Shown here piece after piece: positions 19,408-29,590 of a stretch of DNA of 48,114 nucleotides. Position numbers and translations under genes: made by a program. Location: sequence record SRR20825006_1239; one strand, 5' to 3'. Every line of letters begins with the position of its first letter. Positions within the stretch are counted from its first letter, which is position 1. A model generated the notes under the pieces. It made no database searches. It saw only the letters and a list, made by a program, of their open reading frames with translations, and was not told the origin of the DNA.

Positions 19408-19728
19408 ATGCAAATTTACGGTCCATTTCGACTTTCCACGAGCCAAGCCGCCTCGTCGGTTTCCAAGCCAGCTGCCAATGCCGGCGCGAACCGTCTGAAG
19501 CCGGACGCTGCCACAACAAGAACCTCCGCCGCGCCCGTGGACCAACTCGATTTGTCCAGCGCCGCGACTTCTGCGAATCGTTTGGATTCCGCGTCACCCA
19601 TCGCCGGTGGTGGTGAAATCCGAATCGATCGCGTTGCTGACATCCGTCGCCAAATTGCCGATGGAAGTTACGACACTCCGGAGAAGATGGACGCGGCACT
19701 TGACCGCTTCCTCGATGAACTGGCGTGA
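19408..19728 (+). CDS. flgM: Anti-sigma-28 factor FlgM
   Basis: MQIYG start, disordered N-half, DQLDLSS, then IRIDRVADIRRQIADGSY...KMDAALDRFLDE (FlgM C-terminal signature). Confidence 0.88.
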   Translation: MQIYGPFRLSTSQAASSVSKPAANAGANRLKPDAATTRTSAAPVDQLDLSSAATSANRLDSASPIAGGGEIRIDRVADIRRQIADGSYDTPEKMDAALDRFLDELA

Positions 19729-20213
19729 CCCAAAGCGACGTTCGAGATCTCGATTCGCTCGATGCCCTTCGCCAGGCCGTCGAGCGTTTGGCAGACCGCA
19801 TGTGTCTGTCCAGCCAATCGATCCACGCGACATTGAATCGTGTGGATGAACACTTCTCGGTCAATCAAGTGACCTACTGGCGAGATCAAACCCGAGTCGC
19901 CGAACGCGAGCTGACCTCCGCGCAAGATCAGCTGAGCCGAAAACGTTCGACGGTGCGTCCAGGCGATCGTGTTCCAGCCACCGAAGAAGCCAAGAACGTG
20001 GCTCGTTGGAAGACTCGCTTGCGATTGTGCCAAGAAAAGGAACGATTGGCTCGTCGCATCGCAATCGAAATGCAGCAAGTATGCGAGAAGACTCGGGGCC
20101 CGTCCGCCGCACTCACAGAACTCGGTGAAGTCGCCCTGCCAACCGCCGCGAATCGATTGCTTTCTTTGATCGATCGTTTGCGTGCTTATCAAGACGGGCA
20201 GAATCCCGGCTGA
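19725..20213 (+). CDS. Hypothetical all-helical / coiled-coil protein
   Basis: GTGA start/stop overlap with flgM; amphipathic heptad-like pattern; central YWRDQ motif. Confidence 0.75.
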   Translation: MTQSDVRDLDSLDALRQAVERLADRMCLSSQSIHATLNRVDEHFSVNQVTYWRDQTRVAERELTSAQDQLSRKRSTVRPGDRVPATEEAKNVARWKTRLRLCQEKERLARRIAIEMQQVCEKTRGPSAALTELGEVALPTAANRLLSLIDRLRAYQDGQNPG

Positions 20214-20329
20214 TCGATCTGATGCGAGATCAAACTCGCGACCGATTCTCAAGCGTGCACTGTCTGTCATGCACTGTCTGCCGCGTCGGCGATTCTGGTT
20301 GGATCATCACCGAACATGAGACGCCAAAC

Positions 20330-21649
20330 CTACAGCGACTTCAGAACCTTTTCCGCCGCGGCGATGGTTTCGTCGATCATGGCCTCGGTGTGCTGTTGGC
20401 TGAAGAACAATGCTTCGAATTGACTGCATGGCATGTAGATGCCTTCGCCAATCAATCCCCAGAAGTAGCGTCCGAAGGCTTCTCGATCACAACGATCAGC
20501 CACGTCCCAACAATCGACTGGTTCGGGGTTGAAGAACAGCGTCAGCATCGCACCCGCCTTGGCAACGGTGTGAGCCATTCCCGCTGAGGTCGCCGCGCGA
20601 TCCAGGCCATCGGCCAAGCGATCCGCCAATCGTTCGAGTTGTTCGTAAGGAGGGTTCTCTTTCAACAAACGAAGCGTCGCCGAACCAGCCGCGACGGCGA
20701 CGGGGTTTCCGCTCAGCGTACCCGCCTGGAAAACTTTTCCCGCTGGAAGCACTTGGTTCATGATGTCGGCTCGACCGCCGTAAGCACCCAGTGGCATTCC
20801 GCCGCCAACGATTTTGCCGAGCGTGGTCATATCGGGCGTGACTCCAAATCGTTCTTGGGCACCACCGTATGCCACGCGAAAACCTGTCATGACCTCATCA
20901 AAGATCAGGATCGATCCATGCTTCGTCGTCAAATCGCGAGCTGCGTTGAGAAACTCCATCGTTGGCAGAACGCACCCCATGTTTCCCACAACGGGTTCGA
21001 GGATCAACGCCGCGATGTCGTCGCCATGTTGAGCGAATGCGTTTTGCAATCCCGGCACATCGTTGTACGAAAGAACCAATGTGTCTTCGGCCGCACCAGG
21101 AGTGACACCGGGCGAATCAGGTGCACCCAATGTTGCCGCGGCACTTCCGGCGGCGACGAGCAATGAGTCCACGTGCCCGTGATAGTTGCCCGCGAATTTG
21201 ATGACCTTCTTTCGCCCGGTTGCTCCACGAGCGACTCGCAACGCACTCATGGTTGCTTCCGTTCCGCTGTTGACTAAGCGAACCTTTTCGATGCTGGGAA
21301 CGGCTTCGATGATCTGTTCGGCGAGTCGCGATTCCGCTTCGGTTGGTGCGCCGTAGCTCGTTCCCTTTGCCGCGGCTTGCGTGATTGCATTGATGACCTC
21401 GGGGTGGGCGTGCCCCAAAATCATCGGTCCCCATGATCCGATGTAATCGATATATCGGTTGCCGTCGATGTCGTACAAGTACGGGCCTTCCGCCCGCTCG
21501 ATGAACAAGGGGGTGCCACCCACGGCACCGAATGCTCGGGCAGGCGAGTTGACGCCACCGGGCATCAACGCGGAGGCACGTTGGAATGCGGCGACGCTTT
21601 TGGGACCAGCGGCGGGACGAGCAGCGGAGGAATTCGCGGGTGAGTTCAT
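20330..21649 (-). CDS. hemL: Glutamate-1-semialdehyde 2,1-aminomutase
   Basis: MPGGVNSPARAF, DYIGSWGP, NSGTEATMSA, YHGH, FDEVMTGFR, GKIVGGGMP, FQAGTLSGNP. Confidence 0.97.
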   Translation of the reverse strand: MNSPANSSAARPAAGPKSVAAFQRASALMPGGVNSPARAFGAVGGTPLFIERAEGPYLYDIDGNRYIDYIGSWGPMILGHAHPEVINAITQAAAKGTSYGAPTEAESRLAEQIIEAVPSIEKVRLVNSGTEATMSALRVARGATGRKKVIKFAGNYHGHVDSLLVAAGSAAATLGAPDSPGVTPGAAEDTLVLSYNDVPGLQNAFAQHGDDIAALILEPVVGNMGCVLPTMEFLNAARDLTTKHGSILIFDEVMTGFRVAYGGAQERFGVTPDMTTLGKIVGGGMPLGAYGGRADIMNQVLPAGKVFQAGTLSGNPVAVAAGSATLRLLKENPPYEQLERLADRLADGLDRAATSAGMAHTVAKAGAMLTLFFNPEPVDCWDVADRCDREAFGRYFWGLIGEGIYMPCSQFEALFFSQQHTEAMIDETIAAAEKVLKSL

Positions 21650-21706
21650 GGTCGTAGGTGGTGGTGAAACGAAGTGATGATGTCGTGCAGAGTTTGTCGC
21701 TGGACG

Positions 21707-22720
21707 TCAGTGATTTTCACGAACGGTGCTGATCAGTTTGTCTGCACCTTTGTCTCGCAAACGTTTGGCAACGAGTGTTCCCAACTCGTGAGCTTCGGCA
21801 ACGTGCAAATCAGCGTCGTTCGGCTGGACAGTGATGCGAGCGTCTTCCTGCAACCTTTGTTCGCCATCGGCTGACATCACGATTGCCCGCAGACATAGCT
21901 CGGTGCCGTGGTTTGATGTTTCCAATTTGGCATGGCAAGCGATCGGAGCCAAGCATCCGCCGTGAAGTTCCGATAGCACCTTTCGCTCCGCCGTCGCAGC
22001 CAATCGAGCTGCCGCATCGTTTAGGTTTGCGATCGCATGCATGGCTCCGGCGTCGTCGCTTCGAACTTCGATTCCCAAGGCACCTTGGCCGGGGGCGGGA
22101 ATCATCTCATCAAGAGGAAATAAACGATGCGGCAAATCGGTCATTTCCAAACGCAAGATCCCAGCGTGGGCCAAAACAATCGCGTCGAACTCGCCGGCGT
22201 TGAGTTTGGCCAATCGAGTTTGAACGTTTCCGCGAATGGGAAGGACTTCCAGGTCGGGACGAAGTTGCTTCAATTGAGCCAACCGGCGAGTGCTACCCGT
22301 TCCAACTCGTGCTCCCTGCGGCAAATAGTCCAGCGGTGACTCGGCGCCGGTTTGGGGCTCCAAATGTGGGCTGTTGTCGGCAAACACCAGAGCGTCGAGC
22401 ACCGATTCTCGCGGCGGGACGGCGGCCAAAACGAAACGACTGTCCGGTTCGGTGGGCAAGTCTTTCAAGGAGTGAACCGCCACGTCGGCTTCATCGTCGA
22501 CCAAGGCCTGTTGGATCCGTTTGGTGAACAAACCGACTTGGCGAGTCCCATCGATCGGCCGCATGTCGGTGTCGCCTTTGCTGACCAGGGGCACGATTTC
22601 GGTCTGAAAACCGTGCTTTTTTAACAATTTGGCGACATGTTCGGCCTGCCACATGGCCAGGGGGCTTTCTCGGGTGGCGATTCGCAGGCGGGTGGTGTCG
22701 GAGGGGGGAGTCGGGGCCAC
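21707..22720 (-). CDS. hemC: Hydroxymethylbilane synthase (porphobilinogen deaminase)
   Basis: [57 protein letters not shown] cofactor cysteine. Confidence 0.96.
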   Translation of the reverse strand: MAPTPPSDTTRLRIATRESPLAMWQAEHVAKLLKKHGFQTEIVPLVSKGDTDMRPIDGTRQVGLFTKRIQQALVDDEADVAVHSLKDLPTEPDSRFVLAAVPPRESVLDALVFADNSPHLEPQTGAESPLDYLPQGARVGTGSTRRLAQLKQLRPDLEVLPIRGNVQTRLAKLNAGEFDAIVLAHAGILRLEMTDLPHRLFPLDEMIPAPGQGALGIEVRSDDAGAMHAIANLNDAAARLAATAERKVLSELHGGCLAPIACHAKLETSNHGTELCLRAIVMSADGEQRLQEDARITVQPNDADLHVAEAHELGTLVAKRLRDKGADKLISTVRENH

Positions 22721-22985
22721 GGTTGCGGTTTATTCGGTGGAAGGGTGGACTGAACGGCCGAAATTGCGAAAATCATGGCGGAAAATCTTCCGCTGCGTCG
22801 TTACGCTAGTAGGAAGAGTGTAGGCCGAGGGTGCCAAATCCGGAACCGAGTGCGACTTGGTCCGGACGAGTCTTGGTTGTGTCCCGGGTGCACTCATTGT
22901 GCACTCGCTATCCCTCATTCTTCGTCTGCCATTGTCCAATTCTCCCGACGAACCGGAACTGATCGGCGATCCCGCCGGCCAGGCC

Positions 22986-25757
22986 ATGCGACGTCTCTCC
23001 GATAACTCGAAAGAGCCCGGTAGTGACGATGCGAGTTCGTGGGCTGATCGGTTGGATGCGTCGCATGCGGATTCAATGGGCGAATTAACGCGTGACCAAA
23101 CTCATTCTGAGGTTGGATTTGAAGTCGAAAGCTTCCATCGGTCCATCCCCGAGATTGTGGGTGTCTACAAAGTTGGACGCCCGATCGGTCGAGGAGGCAT
23201 GGGCGAAGTGTTCCTCGCGGAGCACCGATCGATGGGACGAAAGGTTGCGCTGAAAATCCTGCCAACACGTTGGCTCGATCGAGTGGAGTCGGTCAATTGA
23301 TTCTACGAAGAGGTTCGCGCGGCCTCGAGTTTGATGCATCCGAACATCGTCACCGCCTTTGATGCCGGCGAAGCGGACGGCATCCACTACATGGCGATGG
23401 AATACGTCGACGGGCGAACTCTGTCGCAATGGGTCAATGATCAAGGCCCGATGTCGATTGGTGATGCAGCCTCGGCAATCCGCCAAGCCGCATTTGCATT
23501 GCACCACGCGCACGCGGCGGGCATCGTCCACCGCGATGTCAAACCCGGTAACTTGATGCGAGCCCACGACGGAACGATCAAGTTGTTGGATCTTGGGTTA
23601 GCCCGTTTCTCCGCCGAATGGTATCCGTCACCTCGTGGTTTGAAGCCGCGAGAGATGGATTTGCCCGACGAAGAAGACTCACTCAACTCGGCATCAACGG
23701 AAGCAAAAAACCGGCCGCTACTTGGGACGTTGTCGTTCATCTCACCCGAACAGCTCGAAGACGCCAACTCGGCCGATTCGCGAAGCGATCAATACTCGCT
23801 GGGCGCGACGCTGTTTTACCTGCTGATGGGGCACCCTCCATTTACCGGTGACTTGGTCGAACAGGTGTATGGTCACCGGCATGGCGAAGTGCCTGACCTG
23901 ATGACGCTTCGAAACGACGTCGACTTAAAACTGGCCGACATCGTACGACGAATGCTGGCGAAAGATCCCGCCGAGCGATATGGGTCGATGGACGAGGTCG
24001 CCCGCGCGATGGCTCCATACGACAACGACCGTTCGACTCCCGCCTGGGTGCTCGACTTTGCTCGCCGCGAAACCGGCGAAGACCACACAACGGTGGGCGG
24101 GGAGTCCACGCGACGCGGATTACTCAGTGTCATTGGCATTGAACTTGGCATGACCCACGCCGCGACCGCAATCACTCAGTCCGATGGCAACATGCTCGCG
24201 GGTTGGCCGGGAATGTCGGCTCAAGGGCCTCGCCCATTGTGCCGAATTGCTGTTGCCGAAAAGACCGATCGAGATACCGGGCAATCGACCATCCTGTTTG
24301 GCGACAGTGCCTATGAACGTCGTGAGCGTCACCCGCAGCGGGTGGCACATTGTCAAATGATGTACTTCGGCCGGGACGACATGATGCGTCGGATCGGTGG
24401 GCGAATGTGCCCGCCCGAGGTCACGATGGGATTGTGTATGCGGCATTTGCTGGGCAACACATTGACCCAAGTGAATTCTCCGGGGTCACCCGATGGGGAT
24501 TCATCGTCGCCGATGGCGTTGGGAACGAGTTGGAAGCGACATGAACGGTGGCCCGATGCGGTCGCGATCACTGTCCCCTCAAGTTATGACCAACTGCATC
24601 GTCGAGCGATCTATCAGTCGGCGCAATTGGCCGGTCTGCCGGCAGTTCGATTGATTGAACGAAGCATCGCGGTGACGCGATTTGCAATGACAAGTCCACA
24701 TCGCAGCAGTTTTGAAGAGACGCCCCTGCCGCCAATCGATTCGCAATCCTCCGCGCCGATTTTGTACGTGGGTCTGACGGGGCAATCATTGGATGTCTCC
24801 GTATTGCAAGTCTACGGTGGACAAATTCGGCAAATCGCGACAGCGGGACATTGGTGTCATAGCACGATGGCTTGGTCGCGACGATTGGTCGAAATGATCT
24901 CCTCGCGATTGCCTTGTGCGCCCAAACGTATCCAAGGTTTACCCGCAAACCGTCAAGAACTGATTCACGTCACCCGCATTCAGATGGCGGGCGAACGAGC
25001 GATGAATCAATTGTTGCTGATGCCTGAAACTCGCGTCGAAATCGCTCACCAGGGGCACATCGATTCGGTGGAACTGACCCGAGACGAATGGTTGACCGAG
25101 TGCGAAGATCTCCTGCTTTCTATCGAAGAAAGTATTCGTTTGGTTTGCCAGCGAGCCGGTGTTTTGCCTTCGGACTTGAAGCACTGTTTGGCGATGGGGC
25201 CGTTGCTGCGACTGCCTGCGATTCGCGATCGAGTGTTGAGGAAAGGAGCGCCCAACGCGGCGATTGCGTTCTACGATCAAGTCGACGCGGCCCATGGTGC
25301 TGCCGCTTGCGTGGCTTCTGAATTGCCAGGTCAACTGTGTTCAGAGCCTCCCGCCAAGGGCGTTGCTGGACACTCGATTGGATTCGTCGTCGCAGATCGT
25401 GATGGGAAGCGAAGGATTCTGCCTATCATTCCTCGAGGAACGCCCACACCCGCCCGGACAAACCGGCAACTCAACGGAACCGCGCGCGACAACCGCATGA
25501 CGTTGTCGTTGGTGGAATCTTCCGGCAAGAACGGTGAGAACTGGCAAACGCTGGGACGTCATACGATCGAGGTCGCACCGGACGAAGTGAATCCAATGCG
25601 ACGACTTGGCTTCGAGCTGGATATCAACGGGTTGCTCTCGGTGCACTTGGAACGTCCCGATTTGGGACGCACCGTGATGCTGCCTTCGTTGCCAACGTCC
25701 AGCATGGACGAAATGCAGTGGCAAGATTGGCGAGAGTGGATCGAAGCAACTCTCTAG
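22986..25757 (+). pseudogene. Ser/Thr protein kinase fused to an Hsp70/DnaK-like module, interrupted by an in-frame TGA at 23298-23300
   Basis: ORFs 22857-23300 and 23331-25757 share a frame. Read-through gives GRGGMGEV...VALK...VN*FYEEVRAASSLMHPNIV...HRDVKPGN...DLG...SPEQ...DQYSLG, then Hsp70-like motifs from about 24126. May be a true nonsense allele or a sequencing error. Confidence 0.8.
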
Positions 25758-28700
25758 GATTTTGGAACCAGGCGATTCAACAGCTCGCGGTTTTCTTTGC
25801 GGACCGCCTCGCACTCGCGCAATAGAGCTTGGGGCGAGTCCGCCGAAGTCAAACTTGCCAATTGCTTAAGTTCCAGCGGCGCTTCTTCGTCATCAAATCC
25901 GAGTGGCAACTCGTGTCTCGCGACGGTGTTGAGCAAACGAAGTTTGCCTTCGATGCTTCGCAGATAGCGATAGTTGCGAGCTAATGTCTGGATGTCCTCG
26001 GGCGAGTAACACTGGGCACGCGAGAGTTCTTCGAGACACTGAACTGTGTTGGCACGCAGAGGAAAATCTTCGGAGTCGGCGGTTCGAAGCACACCAACGG
26101 CGGCGATCAGTTCGATGTCGACCAATCCACCGGCACCGCGTTTCAGATTGTTTGGTCCGGCGGTCGATTCGCTGTTCTCACGCCATTCACGAAGTTTGCC
26201 GTTCATGCTGTCTCGCCAACTAACGCTGCGGGTCACGCGGCGAAGCATTCGTTCAATGGATTCGCGGGCCTCGCGAGAACCCGAGATCGGACGCGCTTTG
26301 CACAAAGCGACCGATTGCCAAAGTGACGAAGTCTTTTGGCGGAATGGTTTGAGAAATTGGTCTCGTGACATCGCCAAAACAGATTCGTCTGCTCCTCCGG
26401 CAAAGGGCAAGTCCATTTCATACAAACGTCCTTCACTGGATTGATCCATTCGACGAAGGATGTTGCCGGCGAGTTGATTGAAGAATTGCCGATTGGAAAG
26501 CGTGGATCGAGGACCACCGACACGGCGTTGGGTCTCGCCTTCTGCCGTGTACACGAACGTGACATCCAGGTCGCTGTGGTAATTCATCTCGCCGCCAGCG
26601 AAACGGCCCAGTGCCACCGCAACCAGTTCCGATGGTTCGCCGTTTGAATCAAGTGGATCGCCATATCGTTGTGCGAGGAGTTCGTGTTCTTGATCGACCA
26701 CTCGCCGCAAGCAAGCTTCCGCGATGTCGGTCAACGACCGGCTGATTGCGTCGATCGATTCTTTGCCCAGCAAATCGCGAACACCGATCATCAGATGGGC
26801 ACTCGCTTTGACGTGACGTAGGACGTCGACGATCTCGTCGACTCCATCGCACAATCGGATCGTTTGAGCGTCCAAACGTTCCGTGGTGGGCAAACGGTCC
26901 ATCACCAACGAGTCGATCAACTCGTCGATCATTCCGGGATGGTCGATCAAGATGTTCGTCAAATAGGGTGCCAGCGAACACATTGAGATCGTGAGTTGCA
27001 AAGTTGCGTCGTTGGTTCGCAGAAGTTCCCACAAAGTCGCCTTGGCACCGATCGAATCTGTCATCGCGACCAAACGAGCGAGTGTCGAATCGGGATCGGG
27101 TGAGGCCGAGATTTCTTGCAACACACGTGGAGCGACCGCGGCAAAGAAGTGACGGCAACGACGCGGGGACAAGAACGAAACTGTCTCTTGGCTGAGCGCG
27201 ATCACGTTCGAAATCGCTTGAGGAACATTGCTGAATCGATATTGTGCAATTGTTTGCTCGAACGCATCGATGTCGGGATCGGGGTCCAGAATCAATTCCG
27301 TGATTACGGCGAGATCACGCTGAGTACCAGCGTCGTTTTCCGATCCGTCGCCCTGCCCTTCGCTCGATTCAGGCAACTCGCTTGGAGGCACTTCATCGAC
27401 CATCAAGTGGTTGATGATTTTCCGATTCACATCGAATGTTTCCTGCAACATTTTCGCGAATCGTTCGGCGTCGCCTTTAACGTGGATGGCCTTGCCGCTC
27501 TCGGATTCCGTTCGAACACCGAGACGCCACGCCAGACGCGCTCGCACGTCGGGATCGTCAGGCAAGTGCGAGATGCGATGGTCAAACAGGACTGCCAGCA
27601 AGTGTTCCAAACGACAGAGTTTTGCGTGGTTGGTCGACAGAATCGTGGCTTCTTGCGAAGTCAAACACCCATGACGCGAAAGTTCAGTGATCGCGTGGAG
27701 CGTCCCCGTGACTCGAACATCGGGAAGGTCTCCTCCGTGAAGCAGTTGCAAAAACTGGATCGTCAATTCAATATCGCGGCGGCCACCCGGAACATCGGAA
27801 ATCGGTGTGCTTTCAGTCGACGTCGTCGCGAGGGCTCGCTTCTCTAGTTTGCGACGCAGCACGCGGATGTCGGCGATTTCGCTGCGGGTCAGAAGGTGAT
27901 GGTAGACCCAAGGTTCCATGCGATTGAGAAACGCTTTGGACAACGCTTCGTTGCCCGCCGCATGTCTCGCTTTGACGAACGCGAGTCGTTGCCAGGTCCG
28001 ACCGTTTCTCTCGTAGTGCGTCGCCGCTTCGCTCATGCCGAAGAAGTCGATGTCCGCCCCTGAGTTGACGCTGGTTTGTCTTCCCAATGAGGATTGAGGT
28101 CGCGTTGATTGAACGCCCAGTCGCTGAGTGTCCGACAACGCCAACTCGTTTTGGGTGGGTTGATGGTCAAATCTCAAAGTGAACGGGATTACTTGACTGC
28201 CGTTGGACTGGAGCAGTTCCACGAGGCTTTGCGCGACTCGCTTGTGAAATTCGACGTGGCTGGAATTTTTGCGGTCAATTTGGTCGCACAGCAGCAGAAG
28301 GTCCAATTGCGACTCGTAACCGATTTCTTGTCCGCCGTAATTGCCGAGGGCGATGACCGAAAATTGAGGCTGACTGCCGTCGATGCGTTGTGGAGTCGGT
28401 CTTTTGGATGAAACGGATGCCGTCGCGAATGCCAACGCGGCCTCCATGATCGCATCGGTGACGAAGCTGATCTGCGACTGAACTTTGTCCGGTGGCAATC
28501 CACGCACGAATTCTCCGTAGGCGATCCGCAGAATTTCGCGGCTGGCGAAACGGCGGATCGCAAAGGCGGCTCGGCGGTTGGTCTGGATCGTCTCCATTTC
28601 GCCCGATAGTTCGTCGACCAAAACGGAACGCTGCGCGGGCGATCCATCGCTGGCTCGGATCAAGTCGAAGCTTTCGGGGTCATTGATCAGAAGTTTCGCG

Positions 28701-29005
28701 ATGGCGGGGCTGGTGCTCAAAACTTGCAGCAACGCTGGCAGCATCATTGGGTCGCGTTCGAACAACGCAAGCAACGCCATTGGACTGCGAGAGACACCGA
28801 TGAATTGACTCAATCGATCGATCGATTCGTCAGGATCGTCGGTCAGGTGCAGGTGCTCGACCAAACCGGACCACAACAATTGCAGCAGGTCTTCGGAGAC
28901 CCCGCTGTCGGCGATCGCGGCCAATGATTTGGCAACACGAGACGGATCGGCGACATGTTCGGGGCTTAGCGGCGAGTAGTCGGCCCAGTCACTCATCCAA
29001 TCCAT
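25754..29005 (-). CDS. glnE: Glutamine synthetase adenylyltransferase GlnE (two nucleotidyltransferase domains)
   Basis: Duplicated NT architecture: ALGNYGGQEIGYESQLD...YERNGRTWQRLAFVKAR...GGRRDIELTIQFLQL and ALGRFAGGEMNYHSDLD...NLKRGAGGLVDIE. Start 29005 or 28996. Confidence 0.9.
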   Translation of the reverse strand: MDWMSDWADYSPLSPEHVADPSRVAKSLAAIADSGVSEDLLQLLWSGLVEHLHLTDDPDESIDRLSQFIGVSRSPMALLALFERDPMMLPALLQVLSTSPAIAKLLINDPESFDLIRASDGSPAQRSVLVDELSGEMETIQTNRRAAFAIRRFASREILRIAYGEFVRGLPPDKVQSQISFVTDAIMEAALAFATASVSSKRPTPQRIDGSQPQFSVIALGNYGGQEIGYESQLDLLLLCDQIDRKNSSHVEFHKRVAQSLVELLQSNGSQVIPFTLRFDHQPTQNELALSDTQRLGVQSTRPQSSLGRQTSVNSGADIDFFGMSEAATHYERNGRTWQRLAFVKARHAAGNEALSKAFLNRMEPWVYHHLLTRSEIADIRVLRRKLEKRALATTSTESTPISDVPGGRRDIELTIQFLQLLHGGDLPDVRVTGTLHAITELSRHGCLTSQEATILSTNHAKLCRLEHLLAVLFDHRISHLPDDPDVRARLAWRLGVRTESESGKAIHVKGDAERFAKMLQETFDVNRKIINHLMVDEVPPSELPESSEGQGDGSENDAGTQRDLAVITELILDPDPDIDAFEQTIAQYRFSNVPQAISNVIALSQETVSFLSPRRCRHFFAAVAPRVLQEISASPDPDSTLARLVAMTDSIGAKATLWELLRTNDATLQLTISMCSLAPYLTNILIDHPGMIDELIDSLVMDRLPTTERLDAQTIRLCDGVDEIVDVLRHVKASAHLMIGVRDLLGKESIDAISRSLTDIAEACLRRVVDQEHELLAQRYGDPLDSNGEPSELVAVALGRFAGGEMNYHSDLDVTFVYTAEGETQRRVGGPRSTLSNRQFFNQLAGNILRRMDQSSEGRLYEMDLPFAGGADESVLAMSRDQFLKPFRQKTSSLWQSVALCKARPISGSREARESIERMLRRVTRSVSWRDSMNGKLREWRENSESTAGPNNLKRGAGGLVDIELIAAVGVLRTADSEDFPLRANTVQCLEELSRAQCYSPEDIQTLARNYRYLRSIEGKLRLLNTVARHELPLGFDDEEAPLELKQLASLTSADSPQALLRECEAVRKENRELLNRLVPKS

Positions 29006-29590
29006 CCAGTCGCATTCGAGGGCTCCACGGAACTTCACGTCGTCGAGGTGCGTCCCATTGTATGGACCGCATTCGCGATTGAGCACTTTTGCTTTGACGC
29101 GACGAGCGAGTTTAAACGGTGGGTGGGGATCGTTGTAGCGGACGGTGGGGCACCCTGATTCACCGATGCAGCTCAAGGAGGGTTTGCTGTTGCTGGTTGG
29201 GTGGAGCGTTGTCCCCACGGACCAGCTGGGTTGATCCACCGTTGGGCCAAAATGATGACAACGAATTGCGAATCTTGTGCGACATCACTCAGACGTGACC
29301 TACGTTTTTATATGCGAGGCGGGGGAACGTCGTGCATCAAATAATCACGAAGTTGAGGCGTGTGGTGGTTTTTCATCGAACGTTGCGGGAACGCAACATT
29401 GGTGATGTCTTGAACCCACACGTCACGTCGCAAGCTTATCCACCCCGCGGGCGGTTAATCCGCCTAAACCTCTATGCGACAACGGTTTGCTATGATTTAT
29501 GCGTTGCCTCAACAGGCGACTGGCACCGCCGGTGCTTGGTCTCATTCACCCAACCGTGTTGATGTTGTTTCGGGTGTCGAGGAGACCTTG

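Noticed and set aside
23298-23360. Selenocysteine recoding of the in-frame TGA
   Set aside because: The position corresponds to a conserved Arg, not Cys, and no convincing SECIS-like hairpin follows; CGA>TGA is simpler.
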